A stretch of 64,000 nt of DNA from Bacteroides sp. (GCA_014802175.1 JAAVCU010000021.1:63359-127358), one strand, 5' to 3'. Counted from the first letter of the stretch, positions 18,528-28,865 are shown. Made by a program: numbers and translations. The notes: generated by a model from the sequence alone, not told the origin.

Positions 18528-20711
18528 ATGAAATTAAAACTGATAACACTTGCGTTGGCGGGAGTGGCTTTGACCGGATCCGCCGGCAAGTTTACCGAGT
18601 ATGTGAATCCGTTTATCGGAACGGGTGCCGTCAACGGCGGATTGTCGGGCAACAACTATCCGGGTGCTACGGTGCCGTTCGGAATGATACAGCTGAGTCC
18701 CGACACTCACAATGCTCCCGACTGGTTCAACGCCTCCGGTTATAATTATAACGATTCCACAATCTACGGTTTCTCGCATACACGCCTGAGCGGAACCGGA
18801 GCCTGTGACCTGATTGATATCCTTTTCTTCCCTTCGCTGACGGATCGCACTTCTTCTCCATTCTCTCATGCCAAGGAGAATGCGCGCCCGGGCTACTATT
18901 CGGTGAAACTCGACGGTGAGGATATCTTGGCAGAGCTTACGAGCGGTCGACGCGCAGCCATGCACCGCTATACTTATCCGCAGGGTGCGGATGCGAAGCT
19001 GCTGGTGGATATGGATCATTCCGCACAGAAAGGTAGCTGGGATCGCAAGATAATAAATTCACAGATACGAATAGTGAATGATCACACCATAGAGGGTTAT
19101 CGTGTCATCACCGGTTGGGCGAAGATGCGTCGCATCTATTTTGTGGCTGAGTTCAACCACCCGATCCTGAATGCGGATCTTTACGACGGCAATTCCTCAC
19201 ATAAGGGTACAACCACCATCAATGGTCGTCAGCTCAAAGGATGGCTTGATTTCGGTAAACTCAATTCTCCGTTGATAGCCAAGGTCGGTATCTCGGGTGT
19301 GTCTTACGAGAATGCACGCGAGAATCTGGCAAGCGAGGCTAAAGGCTTCGATTTCGATGCCATGGCTTCGGCAGCCGACGCCGCCTGGGATAAGGAACTC
19401 GGCAAGATCGAGGTGGAGGGTGGAACTCCCGATGAGCGCGAGATATTCTACACCGCACTCTATCACACCATGATCCAGCCTAACCTTTTCAGCGATGTCA
19501 ACGGTGAGTATGTCGGTGCGGATTACGCCGTGAAGCAGCTCCCGAAAGGTGAGGAGCAGTACACCACCTTCTCGCTGTGGGATACGTACCGCGCGGCGCA
19601 TCCGTTATACACAATCCTTAACGATGAGGTGACTGCAGATTTTGTCAATTCTATGCTTCGCCATTACGACGATTACGGTTATCTTCCTATCTGGCATCTC
19701 TGGGGTCAGGATAACTACTGTATGATCGGTAATCACGCTATCCCTGTGGTGGTCGACGCAGTGCTGAAGGGTGTTGAGGGTATCGATCCGCAGAGGGCTT
19801 TGGCTGCCGTTGTCGGTTCGTCGGAGAATCCTCATCCCGGGTCACCATTTGATATCTATGAGGAGTTGGGTTATATGCCCGAAGATAAGCAGTCGCAGTC
19901 CGTGTCGATAACAATGGAGGATTCTTTCGATGACTGGTGTGTGGCTCAGTTGGCTGAGAAGTTGGGAGATAAGGAGACAGCCGAGAAGTTCTATAAGCGT
20001 GCCGGATATTATGCAAATCTCTATAATCCGGAGACCAGTTTCTTCCAGGGACGCAATTCCGATGGATCATGGCTTGAGCCTTTCGATCCGGTGAAACATG
20101 GTGCTAACGGAGGATATCCATACACCGAAGGCAATGCGTGGCATTATTTCTGGTATGTGCCGCAGAATGTAGGTGCTCTGGTAGAGTATTGCGGTGGGAA
20201 GAAAGGTATGGAGAAGAAGCTTGATACATTCTTCACCCTCGAACAGACCTCAGGACATAAGAATGATAACATTTCGGGTGAGATCGGACAATATGCTCAC
20301 GGCAACGAGCCTTCGCATCATGTGGCATATCTCTATAATGATTGCGATGCTCCGGCAAAGGCGCAGGATATGATTCACCGTATCAAGAATGAGATGTACA
20401 CCACGGATCACTCCGGTTATGCCGGCAATGACGATTGCGGCGAGATGTCTTCATGGTATGTCTTCTCTGCCATGGGATTCTATCCGGTGAATCCGGCGTC
20501 GGGTGAATATTACATCGGCACTCCAACGTTTGACCGCTGCATAATCCATCTTCCCGATGGTAAGGATTTCACTATTGTGGCTAACAAAGAAAAGAAAGCT
20601 GATGCTCACCGCGTGAAGGATGTGCGTCTCGACAACCGTAAGATCAACGATTGGAAACTTAGTCATTCAGATCTAATGAAGGGTGGCAAGCTCGAATTTA
20701 ACCTTAAATAA
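18528..20711 (+). CDS. Alpha-mannosidase, GH92
   Basis: VNPFIGT, PFGMIQLSPDT, FSLWDTYR, MIGNH, YTEGN, HGNEPSHH, GNDDCGEMSSW. Confidence 0.95.
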   Translation: MKLKLITLALAGVALTGSAGKFTEYVNPFIGTGAVNGGLSGNNYPGATVPFGMIQLSPDTHNAPDWFNASGYNYNDSTIYGFSHTRLSGTGACDLIDILFFPSLTDRTSSPFSHAKENARPGYYSVKLDGEDILAELTSGRRAAMHRYTYPQGADAKLLVDMDHSAQKGSWDRKIINSQIRIVNDHTIEGYRVITGWAKMRRIYFVAEFNHPILNADLYDGNSSHKGTTTINGRQLKGWLDFGKLNSPLIAKVGISGVSYENARENLASEAKGFDFDAMASAADAAWDKELGKIEVEGGTPDEREIFYTALYHTMIQPNLFSDVNGEYVGADYAVKQLPKGEEQYTTFSLWDTYRAAHPLYTILNDEVTADFVNSMLRHYDDYGYLPIWHLWGQDNYCMIGNHAIPVVVDAVLKGVEGIDPQRALAAVVGSSENPHPGSPFDIYEELGYMPEDKQSQSVSITMEDSFDDWCVAQLAEKLGDKETAEKFYKRAGYYANLYNPETSFFQGRNSDGSWLEPFDPVKHGANGGYPYTEGNAWHYFWYVPQNVGALVEYCGGKKGMEKKLDTFFTLEQTSGHKNDNISGEIGQYAHGNEPSHHVAYLYNDCDAPAKAQDMIHRIKNEMYTTDHSGYAGNDDCGEMSSWYVFSAMGFYPVNPASGEYYIGTPTFDRCIIHLPDGKDFTIVANKEKKADAHRVKDVRLDNRKINDWKLSHSDLMKGGKLEFNLK

Positions 20712-20730
20712 TAAAGTGAAGTTATAACGT

Positions 20731-20770
20731 AAAAAGAATCCACGACGCTGATGCGAAGTGGATTCTTTTT
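20731..20770. terminator. Bidirectional intrinsic terminator between GH92 and mscL
   Basis: AAAAAGAATCCAC...GTGGATTCTTTTT between convergent genes. Confidence 0.85.
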
Positions 20771-20789
20771 GTGTATTATGTGAGCGGGA

Positions 20790-21221
20790 TTATTTGTTGC
20801 ACTGCTGTTTGAGAAGGTCGCGGATCTCGATGAGAGTCTTCTCTTCTGCTGACGGCTCCGGTGGAGCAGCGGCTTCCTCAACCTCTTTCTTCTTGAATTT
20901 CATGATCACGCGGAGAGCAACGAAGATGCTGATTGCGATGATAAAGAAGTCAACGATGTTCTGGATGAACATGCCATAGTTGAGGGCTACTTCCTCTACG
21001 GCATCGACACCCGGACTTGCGGGAACAGCCTTTGTGATTACATATTTCATATTGGTAAAGCCAGCTCCGCCTGTAGCAAGCGAGATGCACGGCATTATGA
21101 TGTCGTTAACGAGCGAGGTGACGATTTTGCCGAATGCACCGCCGATGATTACACCGACAGCCAGATCAATAATATTGCCTTGCATGGCAAATTTTTTAAA
21201 GTCTGAAAGAAACTTTCCCAT
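20790..21221 (-). CDS. mscL: Large-conductance mechanosensitive channel
   Basis: FKKFAMQGNIIDLAVGVIIGGAFGKIV; EIRDLL. Confidence 0.97.
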   Translation of the reverse strand: MGKFLSDFKKFAMQGNIIDLAVGVIIGGAFGKIVTSLVNDIIMPCISLATGGAGFTNMKYVITKAVPASPGVDAVEEVALNYGMFIQNIVDFFIIAISIFVALRVIMKFKKKEVEEAAAPPEPSAEEKTLIEIRDLLKQQCNK

Positions 21222-21392
21222 AGTTTAGTATAATTTAATAGTTTATAATGAATCGAAATTTGGTGTTCTATTGTTGTAATAACAGGTTTCTGATTCACAC
21301 AGAATCGCCGCCCCTGCATTTATTCTACAACGAAAGAGTGTGAAATGTTCAAAAAAGTGTTAAAATAAGATGAAAAAATACAATTTTTTTGC

Positions 21393-21467
21393 TAAATTTG
21401 CAGATGTAACCCGGATTAGGCGCAGTGCGCACCTCGTGGGAGTGTGAATGCAGACTGATTTGCCGGG
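21393..21467 (+). promoter_or_regulatory. gap -7 promoter box and GC-rich 5'-UTR hairpin
   Basis: TAAATTTG at 21393-21400; imperfect stem 21410-21467 in AT-rich surroundings. Confidence 0.5.
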
Positions 21468-21531
21468 CATAAAGTGTGTTTTAACAACAGAAATCAAATA
21501 AAACCCAAATAAATTATCCAAATTTAATTAA

Positions 21532-22551
<1,020 letters not shown>

Positions 22552-22575
22552 TAACCGGTTCACTTCATAAACGCA

Positions 22576-22612
22576 ATCGCCCCGGCCATCACGGTCGGGG
22601 CGATCTGTTTTT
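22576..22612 (+). terminator. Intrinsic terminator after gap
   Basis: ATCGCCCCGGCC/GGTCGGGGCGAT stem followed by CTGTTTTT. Confidence 0.8.
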
Positions 22613-22653
22613 GCGACTGCACATGGCGCAAAAGATTATATTAACTTTTAGCC

Positions 22654-23205
22654 TTATTTTTTTCTTTTTTGAATTTCTATGGTGTCGCCGGAGCGATCAA
22701 GGACATTTACCGGAGAGGTGTTGCCATAAATGTTCAACAGTTCGTCGGAGTTGATGATCCCTTTGATATATACGATGGTGTAGCCGTTGTCCTCCCTTGT
22801 CTCGATAAGCATATCCTTAATCTCATGGTCATTGAGGATCTTGCCGATGTAGATGTTGATTTTGTCGGTGTAATCCGAAATATTTAAGATCAACTCAAGA
22901 TTTAGCCGGCTTACTACATTCTTGCAGTCCTCGTACATAGCCTGATAGGAGGATGGTTTCCGGCTGCTCATGATCTCGATCGATTCCGGCTTCTTCATCA
23001 GTTTCTTGAGAGGTTTGAATTGTTCGGATTCAATCGACATCCCGAGTTTCAAGGCTGTAGGGGATACGTAGATGGTGCTGATATCCATACCGCCGGAAAA
23101 TTTTTTGAATACACGGGAGCTGGGAGAAGTTCCTGCGGATGTTGTTGCCAACAGAAGAGTTATTGCGATCAGCAAAAGTATTGTGGTGAAAAGTATCTTT
23201 TTCAT
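22654..23205 (-). CDS. DUF4252-like exported protein
   Basis: Signal peptide; ISTIYVSP, IEIMS and IVYIKG pattern; usual position after an ECF sigma/anti-sigma pair in Bacteroidetes. Confidence 0.6.
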   Translation of the reverse strand: MKKILFTTILLLIAITLLLATTSAGTSPSSRVFKKFSGGMDISTIYVSPTALKLGMSIESEQFKPLKKLMKKPESIEIMSSRKPSSYQAMYEDCKNVVSRLNLELILNISDYTDKINIYIGKILNDHEIKDMLIETREDNGYTIVYIKGIINSDELLNIYGNTSPVNVLDRSGDTIEIQKRKK

Positions 23206-23265
23206 ATCATGATTTTTTTCAAAATTATTCGATTTTGAGCAAACTGCAAAATTCCTGTGAGGAAA

Positions 23266-23988
23266 TTATTCGTCAAGAATACGATTCAGTATCTGGTCGG
23301 ATTCCATGATTCTGGCTTGGGTTTCCTCAATGCAGTTGTAGGCATACGCTAATTTCTGTGATGCATTGTCGAGTGAGAATGCCGCCATCTCTAAAGCGAG
23401 CAGCTCCTCTTCGTTAAGCGTATACTGATCCGGTTCGGTTGCAACCTTCTTTTTTCTTGCTTTGTGGGTTTTCGCGGATTTTGCTTTCGAGATCTTCTGC
23501 GCCTCGTCCGGAACAGCATTGTTATCTTTCAGTGCTGCGGAGTTGTCTGCCAGAAGCTGTGGCTCTGTTTTCCTCTGTTTAATGGAATCTGCAGGGGCAA
23601 AGGGGTGCGCAGCCTGAAGATTAGACGGCTCCTTATCTGAGGCGTTCTGCATCAGGAATGGTGTCGTAAAGATTAATGCGACTACTGCCGCGGCGGTGAA
23701 TATAACAGGAAGGACCTTGCGGAATGATATGCGGTTACGAGTCGAAACGGGGTGGGCTGAAGCCTCATCGATGGCTTTCAATATAGCCTCGTCAAGACCT
23801 GCCGGGGGTAGGAATTGCGGCTCAGCTTCAGCGAGTGCTGTGAAGAGCCGGCGATCGGCTTCCATCTCCTCCGGAAGATTGTCGGCGGCAAGAAAGAACC
23901 TTTTAAGCTCACTCTCTTCGGACGGACTGCTTTCTCCTTGATAAAATTTATCGAGAAGTCCCCTTATGTATTTGATGTCGTTGTCCAT
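23266..23988 (-). CDS. Putative membrane anti-sigma factor
   Basis: N-terminal LLDKFYQGESSPSEESELKRFF motif, single TM helix; immediately downstream of the ECF sigma. Confidence 0.65.
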   Translation of the reverse strand: MDNDIKYIRGLLDKFYQGESSPSEESELKRFFLAADNLPEEMEADRRLFTALAEAEPQFLPPAGLDEAILKAIDEASAHPVSTRNRISFRKVLPVIFTAAAVVALIFTTPFLMQNASDKEPSNLQAAHPFAPADSIKQRKTEPQLLADNSAALKDNNAVPDEAQKISKAKSAKTHKARKKKVATEPDQYTLNEEELLALEMAAFSLDNASQKLAYAYNCIEETQARIMESDQILNRILDE

Positions 23989-24028
23989 ATCAATTTTAAT
24001 TACTCGTTACACATTAGTCATTTCCCGG

Positions 24029-24511
24029 TTACTTAAACCATTCCCTTAGTTTACGTCTGCCTCGGCTCAGCAGCTGCCGCGCATTGGCGGGGGAGACGTT
24101 GAGCGCGTTGGCGAGTTCCTCCGAGGAGCAACCGGCGTAAGCGGTAAGCTCCACTGCCTGTCGTTCCTTATCGGGCAGACGAGTCAGCCCTGCAGTCACC
24201 TCCTTCAGTCTGAGCGAAGCCTCGGCCGCAATCCCTTCGGATGGAAGCTCAGCATTCCCCTCAAGAGGGGAGAGACGTTTTGCCCGCATGCTCTCATTGA
24301 TGCAGACATTGCGCACGGCCGAGATGCAGTAAGCCGCCGGATTCTCCGGCATAAGCCCCTCGCTCACACTCTTCCAGATGCGGAGCATTGCTGTCTGCAC
24401 AGCATCGGAAGCATCTTCGCGAGAACCGGTTATAGCGAGCGCCACCCCATACATCTTCGAGCTATGAGGCAAAATCATCTCAGTGAAATATTTCTTTGAA
24501 TCGCGCTTCAT
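24029..24511 (-). CDS. ECF-type RNA polymerase sigma factor
   Basis: Region 2 (EDASDAVQ..LRIW), region 4 (LPDKERQAV...LLSRGRRKLR); ATG at 24511, with a TATCTTTG box upstream (24558-24565). Confidence 0.88.
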   Translation of the reverse strand: MKRDSKKYFTEMILPHSSKMYGVALAITGSREDASDAVQTAMLRIWKSVSEGLMPENPAAYCISAVRNVCINESMRAKRLSPLEGNAELPSEGIAAEASLRLKEVTAGLTRLPDKERQAVELTAYAGCSSEELANALNVSPANARQLLSRGRRKLREWFK

Positions 24512-24611
24512 GTCGCAAACCAAGCCGTTGGCTTTTTGTGCTTCTCTAATTTCAAGACAAAGATAACTCATCTTTGTGACAAATCCATCAAAAAAAATCA
24601 GAGGCAGCCGG

Positions 24612-24642
24612 GAGCGGGGCTCCCTCAACGCAACCGCTTCGC
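24612..24642 (+). repeat. REP-like repeat family A, copy 1
   Basis: GAGCGGGGCTCCCTCAACGCAACCGCTTCGC, matching the copies at 32930, 34618 and 34689. Confidence 0.85.
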
Positions 24643-24716
24643 TTCGCGCCGGAGCCGAAGCATTCGGAACCGGAGCAGCCGGAGCAGGCACTGCAATTGA
24701 GATTTCTGAGGGGAGA

Positions 24717-24748
24717 TTTGGTGGATTGTTTGAAGATTGCTATATTTG
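24717..24748 (+). promoter_or_regulatory. Consensus Bacteroidetes housekeeping promoter for the RAYT gene
   Basis: TTTG (24717-24720), 20-nt spacer, TATATTTG (24741-24748). Confidence 0.7.
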
Positions 24749-24754
24749 TGGCGG

Positions 24755-24790
24755 CGCGTAGCGGTAGTGTTCAGGGAGCTCTGCTTCCGG
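24755..24790 (-). repeat. REP-like repeat family A, copy 2 (inverted)
   Basis: Reverse complement reads CCGGAAGCAGAGCTCCCTGAACACTACCGCTACGCG. Confidence 0.8.
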
Positions 24791-24831
24791 CTTCGCTTCC
24801 GGCCGGTTGTAATTTAGATTCTGAGAATGAG

Positions 24832-25845
24832 ATGGCTTCTAATGGTCCCAATGAATATGTCGTAAAGATGCCCAGAATCCATCCGGATTTCTATCTGAGG
24901 GCGGAGTGGCATGATTATGCTTCCCGGTGTTTCTATATGATCACCGTGAATAAGAGCGCGGATGCTCCGGTGTTGTCTGCTGTTAAGGGGGAGATAACTC
25001 CGCAGGGGACCGTGGCTCGGACCGAGTTGACACCAACCGGCGTCATTGTTGAGAATGCACTGAAGAGAATAAAGGAGCATTATCCCTTTGTGGAGATAGG
25101 GAGGATAGCCATTATGCCTGATCATGTCCATTTTATGGTTTTTGTGAAATTGGCTGGAAAGATTCAGTTGGGGGAGGTTGTCAGGATATTCAAGAAGGAG
25201 AGTTCAGTTTACTATAAAGAGCTGTTTCCGGAATCTCCCATTGCGAAGCGGGGAGGATCTTTGTTTGTGGATGGCTTTAATGATCGCATCGTTTATAAAC
25301 AGGGTCAGTTGGATAGGTTTAAACGTTATGTGCTGGATAATCCGCGTAGATATTATCTGCGTGTTTCCCATCCGCGGTTTTTTAATTGTTGTCGGAATAT
25401 TTCGCTCAACGGGGAAGTGTATAGTGTGTATGGGAATTTCATGTTACTAAGCCATCCGATTCGTGAGTTTGTCAAGGTCAGCCGTCGCTTTACGGCAGAG
25501 GAACTTCAACGCCGTATGGAGGCTTGGAATGAAACAATAAGAGGAGCCGGAGTGCTTATTTCTCCGTTTATTGCGCCGAAAGAGAAAGAGGTGATGAGAG
25601 CCGGGATTGAGCGTGGAGCCTCGATTATCAGGATTGTGGAGAACGGCTTTCCGGAGAGATATAAGCCGGAGGGTGATTGGTTTGATCTTTGCGCTGAGGG
25701 GAGATTGCTGATAATTGCGCCTGTGAATTTCAATTCACGCAGGGAGAGGATCAAAAGAGAGCAGTGTGTGGCTATGAATGAATTGGCGGAGAGGATTGCA
25801 AATGAGGAGGTGAGTGATTTGAAATGTAAAAATTGGAGAACATGA
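24832..25845 (+). mobile_element. REP-associated tyrosine transposase (RAYT, HUH/Y1) fused to a C-terminal DprA/SLOG-like domain
   Basis: HDY..FYMIT, IMPDHVHF (HUH), FNDRI, YVLDNP (catalytic Tyr); C-terminal YGNFMLL..VKVSRR..VLISPFIAPKE..GRLLII..MNELA resembles the DprA Rossmann fold; start at 24832 or 24868. Confidence 0.78.
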
Positions 25846-26912
25846 TAAAATCTAAGACTATGATGATGAAAGCAATGGGTGTGAGAAGGATGGCAGTTGG
25901 AATGATAGGGATAGCGTTGTCGGCTGCAGGGATGCTCGCAGCCGGGAGTGGTGATAAGACTTTCTGGCTTGGAGGGGATATTTCCGGCATGACGGCCGAT
26001 GAGGCGCGCGGCAGGTTTGTGATGAATGCCGATGGTGTGCGCACGGAGACTACTCAGCTGATGAAGGATTATGGGATGAATGCTTCGCGTTTGCGCGTGT
26101 GGGTTGATCCTAAGGATGGGTTCTGCTCACCGCAGGATGTGCTGAAGATGGCTAAACGTTCTCAGGCGTTGGGGATGCCGGTTATGATCGATTTCCATTA
26201 TTCCGATTGGTGGGCGGATCCGGGTAAGCAGAATCCTCCCAAGGCGTGGTTGGGGATGAGTCTGGAGGAGACCAAGAAGGCTCTGGCGGATCATACCCGC
26301 GAGACTTTACAGCTGCTGAAGAATGAGGGTATCGATGTAAAATGGGTGCAGGTGGGTAATGAGACAACCCACGGTTTTCTATGGCCCATGGGAAAGTTTG
26401 AGGAGAATCCGGAACAGTATGCCGAGTTGACCAAAGCGGGGGTTCAGGCCGTTCGTGAGGTTTATCCGGAGGCAGAGGTGATCATCCACCTTGATAACGG
26501 TTTTGATCAGGCACTTTATGATCGTGTGTTCGATTCACTGAAAGCCAACGGAGTGGAGTGGGATACAATAGGAATCAGTGTCTATCCTTATTGGGCTATG
26601 GAGGGTGGATTTGAGAAGAGTGAGGTGATGACGTTGGTGGATGCTCTTGCTAACATCCGTCATCTGAAGAGTAAATATGGCTCGGATGTGATGATTGTGG
26701 AGACAGGAGTGGATGGAAGAAACCCGGAGGCGGGCAAGGAGTTTATACGTGCGATTATCAAAGGTTCAAAGGAGCTTACCGACGGAGCTTGCACGGGGGT
26801 ATTCTATTGGGCACCTGAGTGGAATGCTGAGGATGATTATCGTTTGGGAGCTTTCTCGAAAGATAAACCTACAATTATCATGGATGCTTTCAAGGAGGCG
26901 GCCGGTAAATGA
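25842..26912 (+). CDS. Endo-beta-1,4-galactanase, GH53
   Basis: GGDIS, RLRVWVDP, DFHYSDWWADPGKQ, QVGNE, ETG, FYWAPE; signal peptide; exact start among several ATGs uncertain. Confidence 0.92.
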   Translation: MIKSKTMMMKAMGVRRMAVGMIGIALSAAGMLAAGSGDKTFWLGGDISGMTADEARGRFVMNADGVRTETTQLMKDYGMNASRLRVWVDPKDGFCSPQDVLKMAKRSQALGMPVMIDFHYSDWWADPGKQNPPKAWLGMSLEETKKALADHTRETLQLLKNEGIDVKWVQVGNETTHGFLWPMGKFEENPEQYAELTKAGVQAVREVYPEAEVIIHLDNGFDQALYDRVFDSLKANGVEWDTIGISVYPYWAMEGGFEKSEVMTLVDALANIRHLKSKYGSDVMIVETGVDGRNPEAGKEFIRAIIKGSKELTDGACTGVFYWAPEWNAEDDYRLGAFSKDKPTIIMDAFKEAAGK

Positions 26913-27847
26913 AGGAGTGGATCAGGGAGTGCCTTTCAAAGAGTGGAGCTTGCGCGGTAGGATTTGCCGCTGCCGGTTCAGTTGAAGAGGGAGAGTGGTC
27001 ACTTTTTGAGGATTGGCTTCGTCGAGGTGATAATGCCGGGATGGAGTATATGCATAATTATCCCGGTCTGCGACGCGATCCAAGGATGCTCGAAGATGGT
27101 ACTCGGAGTGTGATTTCGCTCGCTTTCAACTATAAACCGGAGACGTGGCGCGATGATTCGCATGGGATGATTGCGTCATACGCCTATGGTAAAGATTATC
27201 ACAAGGTGATAAGGAAGTTGCTTAAGGAGCCGCTCCGCGTTATCGGGGAGCGGTTTCCTGATGCGCAATTCAGGGTTTGTGTGGATTCGGCTCCTGTCTT
27301 GGAGCGTTATTGGGCACTGAAATCGGGTGTCGGCTATCGCGGAGATAATGGTTGCGTCATAGTTCCCGGGTTCGGTAGTATGGTTTTCTTGGCGGAAGTC
27401 CTTACCAATCTTGAAATAGAGCCGGATGCTCCGTTGGAGATGGATTGCGGACATTGCGGTGCATGCCGCCGGGCGTGTCCGGGGAATGCTTTGACCGAGA
27501 TGGTAGATTGCCGGAGGTGTCTGTCGTATCTCACGATTGAGCATCGCGGAGAGATTTCGGATCTGGAGGGGAGAGCGGTGATGGAAACACGGGCCGGGCA
27601 GCAGACAATTTTCGGGTGCGACAGGTGTTTGCGTGTATGCCCGCATAACCGCACGGCACCTCCGACCGAGATAGAGGCTTTCCGCCCGTTGCCGCAAGTG
27701 CTGGAGCTGACGCGCAGCCGGCTGGATGAATTGCGGGCGCAGGGGGAGGAGGCGTTGAGGGCACATTTTGCCGGCTCGCCGATATTGAGGGGCTTTCGTG
27801 GGACTTCGGGCTTACGCCCTCAGCACGGTGTTGAGGCAGAGAGTTAA
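26909..27847 (+). CDS. queG: Epoxyqueuosine reductase
   Basis: YAYGKDYH, VDSAPVLER, CGHCGACRRACP, CLSYLTIE, FGCDRCLRVCPHN. Confidence 0.92.
   Translation: MKEWIRECLSKSGACAVGFAAAGSVEEGEWSLFEDWLRRGDNAGMEYMHNYPGLRRDPRMLEDGTRSVISLAFNYKPETWRDDSHGMIASYAYGKDYHKVIRKLLKEPLRVIGERFPDAQFRVCVDSAPVLERYWALKSGVGYRGDNGCVIVPGFGSMVFLAEVLTNLEIEPDAPLEMDCGHCGACRRACPGNALTEMVDCRRCLSYLTIEHRGEISDLEGRAVMETRAGQQTIFGCDRCLRVCPHNRTAPPTEIEAFRPLPQVLELTRSRLDELRAQGEEALRAHFAGSPILRGFRGTSGLRPQHGVEAES
27804..27830 (+). repeat. Hairpin repeat family B, copy 1 (within the queG 3' end)
   Basis: CTTCGGGCTTACGCCCTCAGCACGGTG; 22/27 identical to 49405-49431. Confidence 0.65.
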
Positions 27848-27910
27848 AATCTACCTAAAGGCAGATAGTTAGAATCTTAAAAAAGTAGAGGACTAAAAAT
27901 TTAACTGAAA

Positions 27911-28774
27911 ATGAAACGAATCTTAAGTGTGATCTTCGGAGCTTTGTTGCTGGCAAGTGTGAGCTTGAGCGCAGCCAAACCGGTGAAAATTCAACTTTGG
28001 CCGGATGGCGCTCCAACCAAAAATGGATTGGAGGGGATTGAGGAAAAATGGAATGGTAAGAGACTTTCTGATGTGTCGGTGCCGGAGTTGTGGATTTATC
28101 CTGCGAAGAATCCTAACGGTCAGGCGGTGATTGCAGCGCCCGGTGGAGGATATACCTTGCTTTCTACAGACAACGAGGGCACAATGTTTGTAGACTGGAT
28201 GAATGCGCAAGGAATCACTCTGGCAGTTCTGATGTATCGCATGCCGAACGGACATTCGGAGGTGCCATTGGAAGATGGCAGACGCGCTATTGAGATAATG
28301 CGGGAGAAGGCTTCTGAATATGGTTTCAATCCTGATGAGGTAGGTATAATGGGAAGTTCGGCAGGTGGACATTTCGCTGCTACTCTTTCCACAATGTATG
28401 GCGATAAGAAGTATCGTCCGGATTTTCAGATATTGCTGTATCCGGTGATAACGATGACAGATCTGACACATAACGGCTCACGCAATAATCTTCTCGGCAA
28501 GGATGCGTCGGCTGCCGATATAGAGAAATACAGTCTTGAAAATCGAGTGGATGCCAATACTCCTCCCGCATTCATCATTCTTGCCACGGATGATAAGACT
28601 GTAAACCCTCTCAACTCCTTACATTATGCGGAGGCATTGCAGCAGAATGGGGTGCCGTATTCAATGCATATCTATCCTACAGGAGGACATGGATTCGGTT
28701 TCCGCGACTCATATATCTACAAACCGCAGTGGAGTGCGGAGCTTGAACGTTGGCTCCGTTCGCAGAAAAAATAA
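27911..28774 (+). CDS. Alpha/beta-hydrolase esterase (xylan/acetyl esterase-like)
   Basis: Signal peptide; PGGGY, GSSAGG nucleophile elbow, DD..V, GGHG. Confidence 0.85.
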   Translation: MKRILSVIFGALLLASVSLSAAKPVKIQLWPDGAPTKNGLEGIEEKWNGKRLSDVSVPELWIYPAKNPNGQAVIAAPGGGYTLLSTDNEGTMFVDWMNAQGITLAVLMYRMPNGHSEVPLEDGRRAIEIMREKASEYGFNPDEVGIMGSSAGGHFAATLSTMYGDKKYRPDFQILLYPVITMTDLTHNGSRNNLLGKDASAADIEKYSLENRVDANTPPAFIILATDDKTVNPLNSLHYAEALQQNGVPYSMHIYPTGGHGFGFRDSYIYKPQWSAELERWLRSQKK

Positions 28775-28865
28775 GATAATATTTTAATAAACGAAAGTAA
28801 ATGGTTATATTTGCCGTATAATTGCGAAGCGATTTGATTTTATCGCAAAACATAACCTATATTTC

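Noticed and set aside
24512-24831. N-terminal extensions of the sigma ORF (to 24691) and the RAYT ORF (from 24697)
   Set aside because: They translate promoter and repeat DNA; the ATGs at 24511 and 24832 fit the promoter boxes
24832-25845. Canonical IS200/IS605 element
   Set aside because: No tnpB, no right-end hairpin, protein much longer than TnpA, and motifs match RAYT
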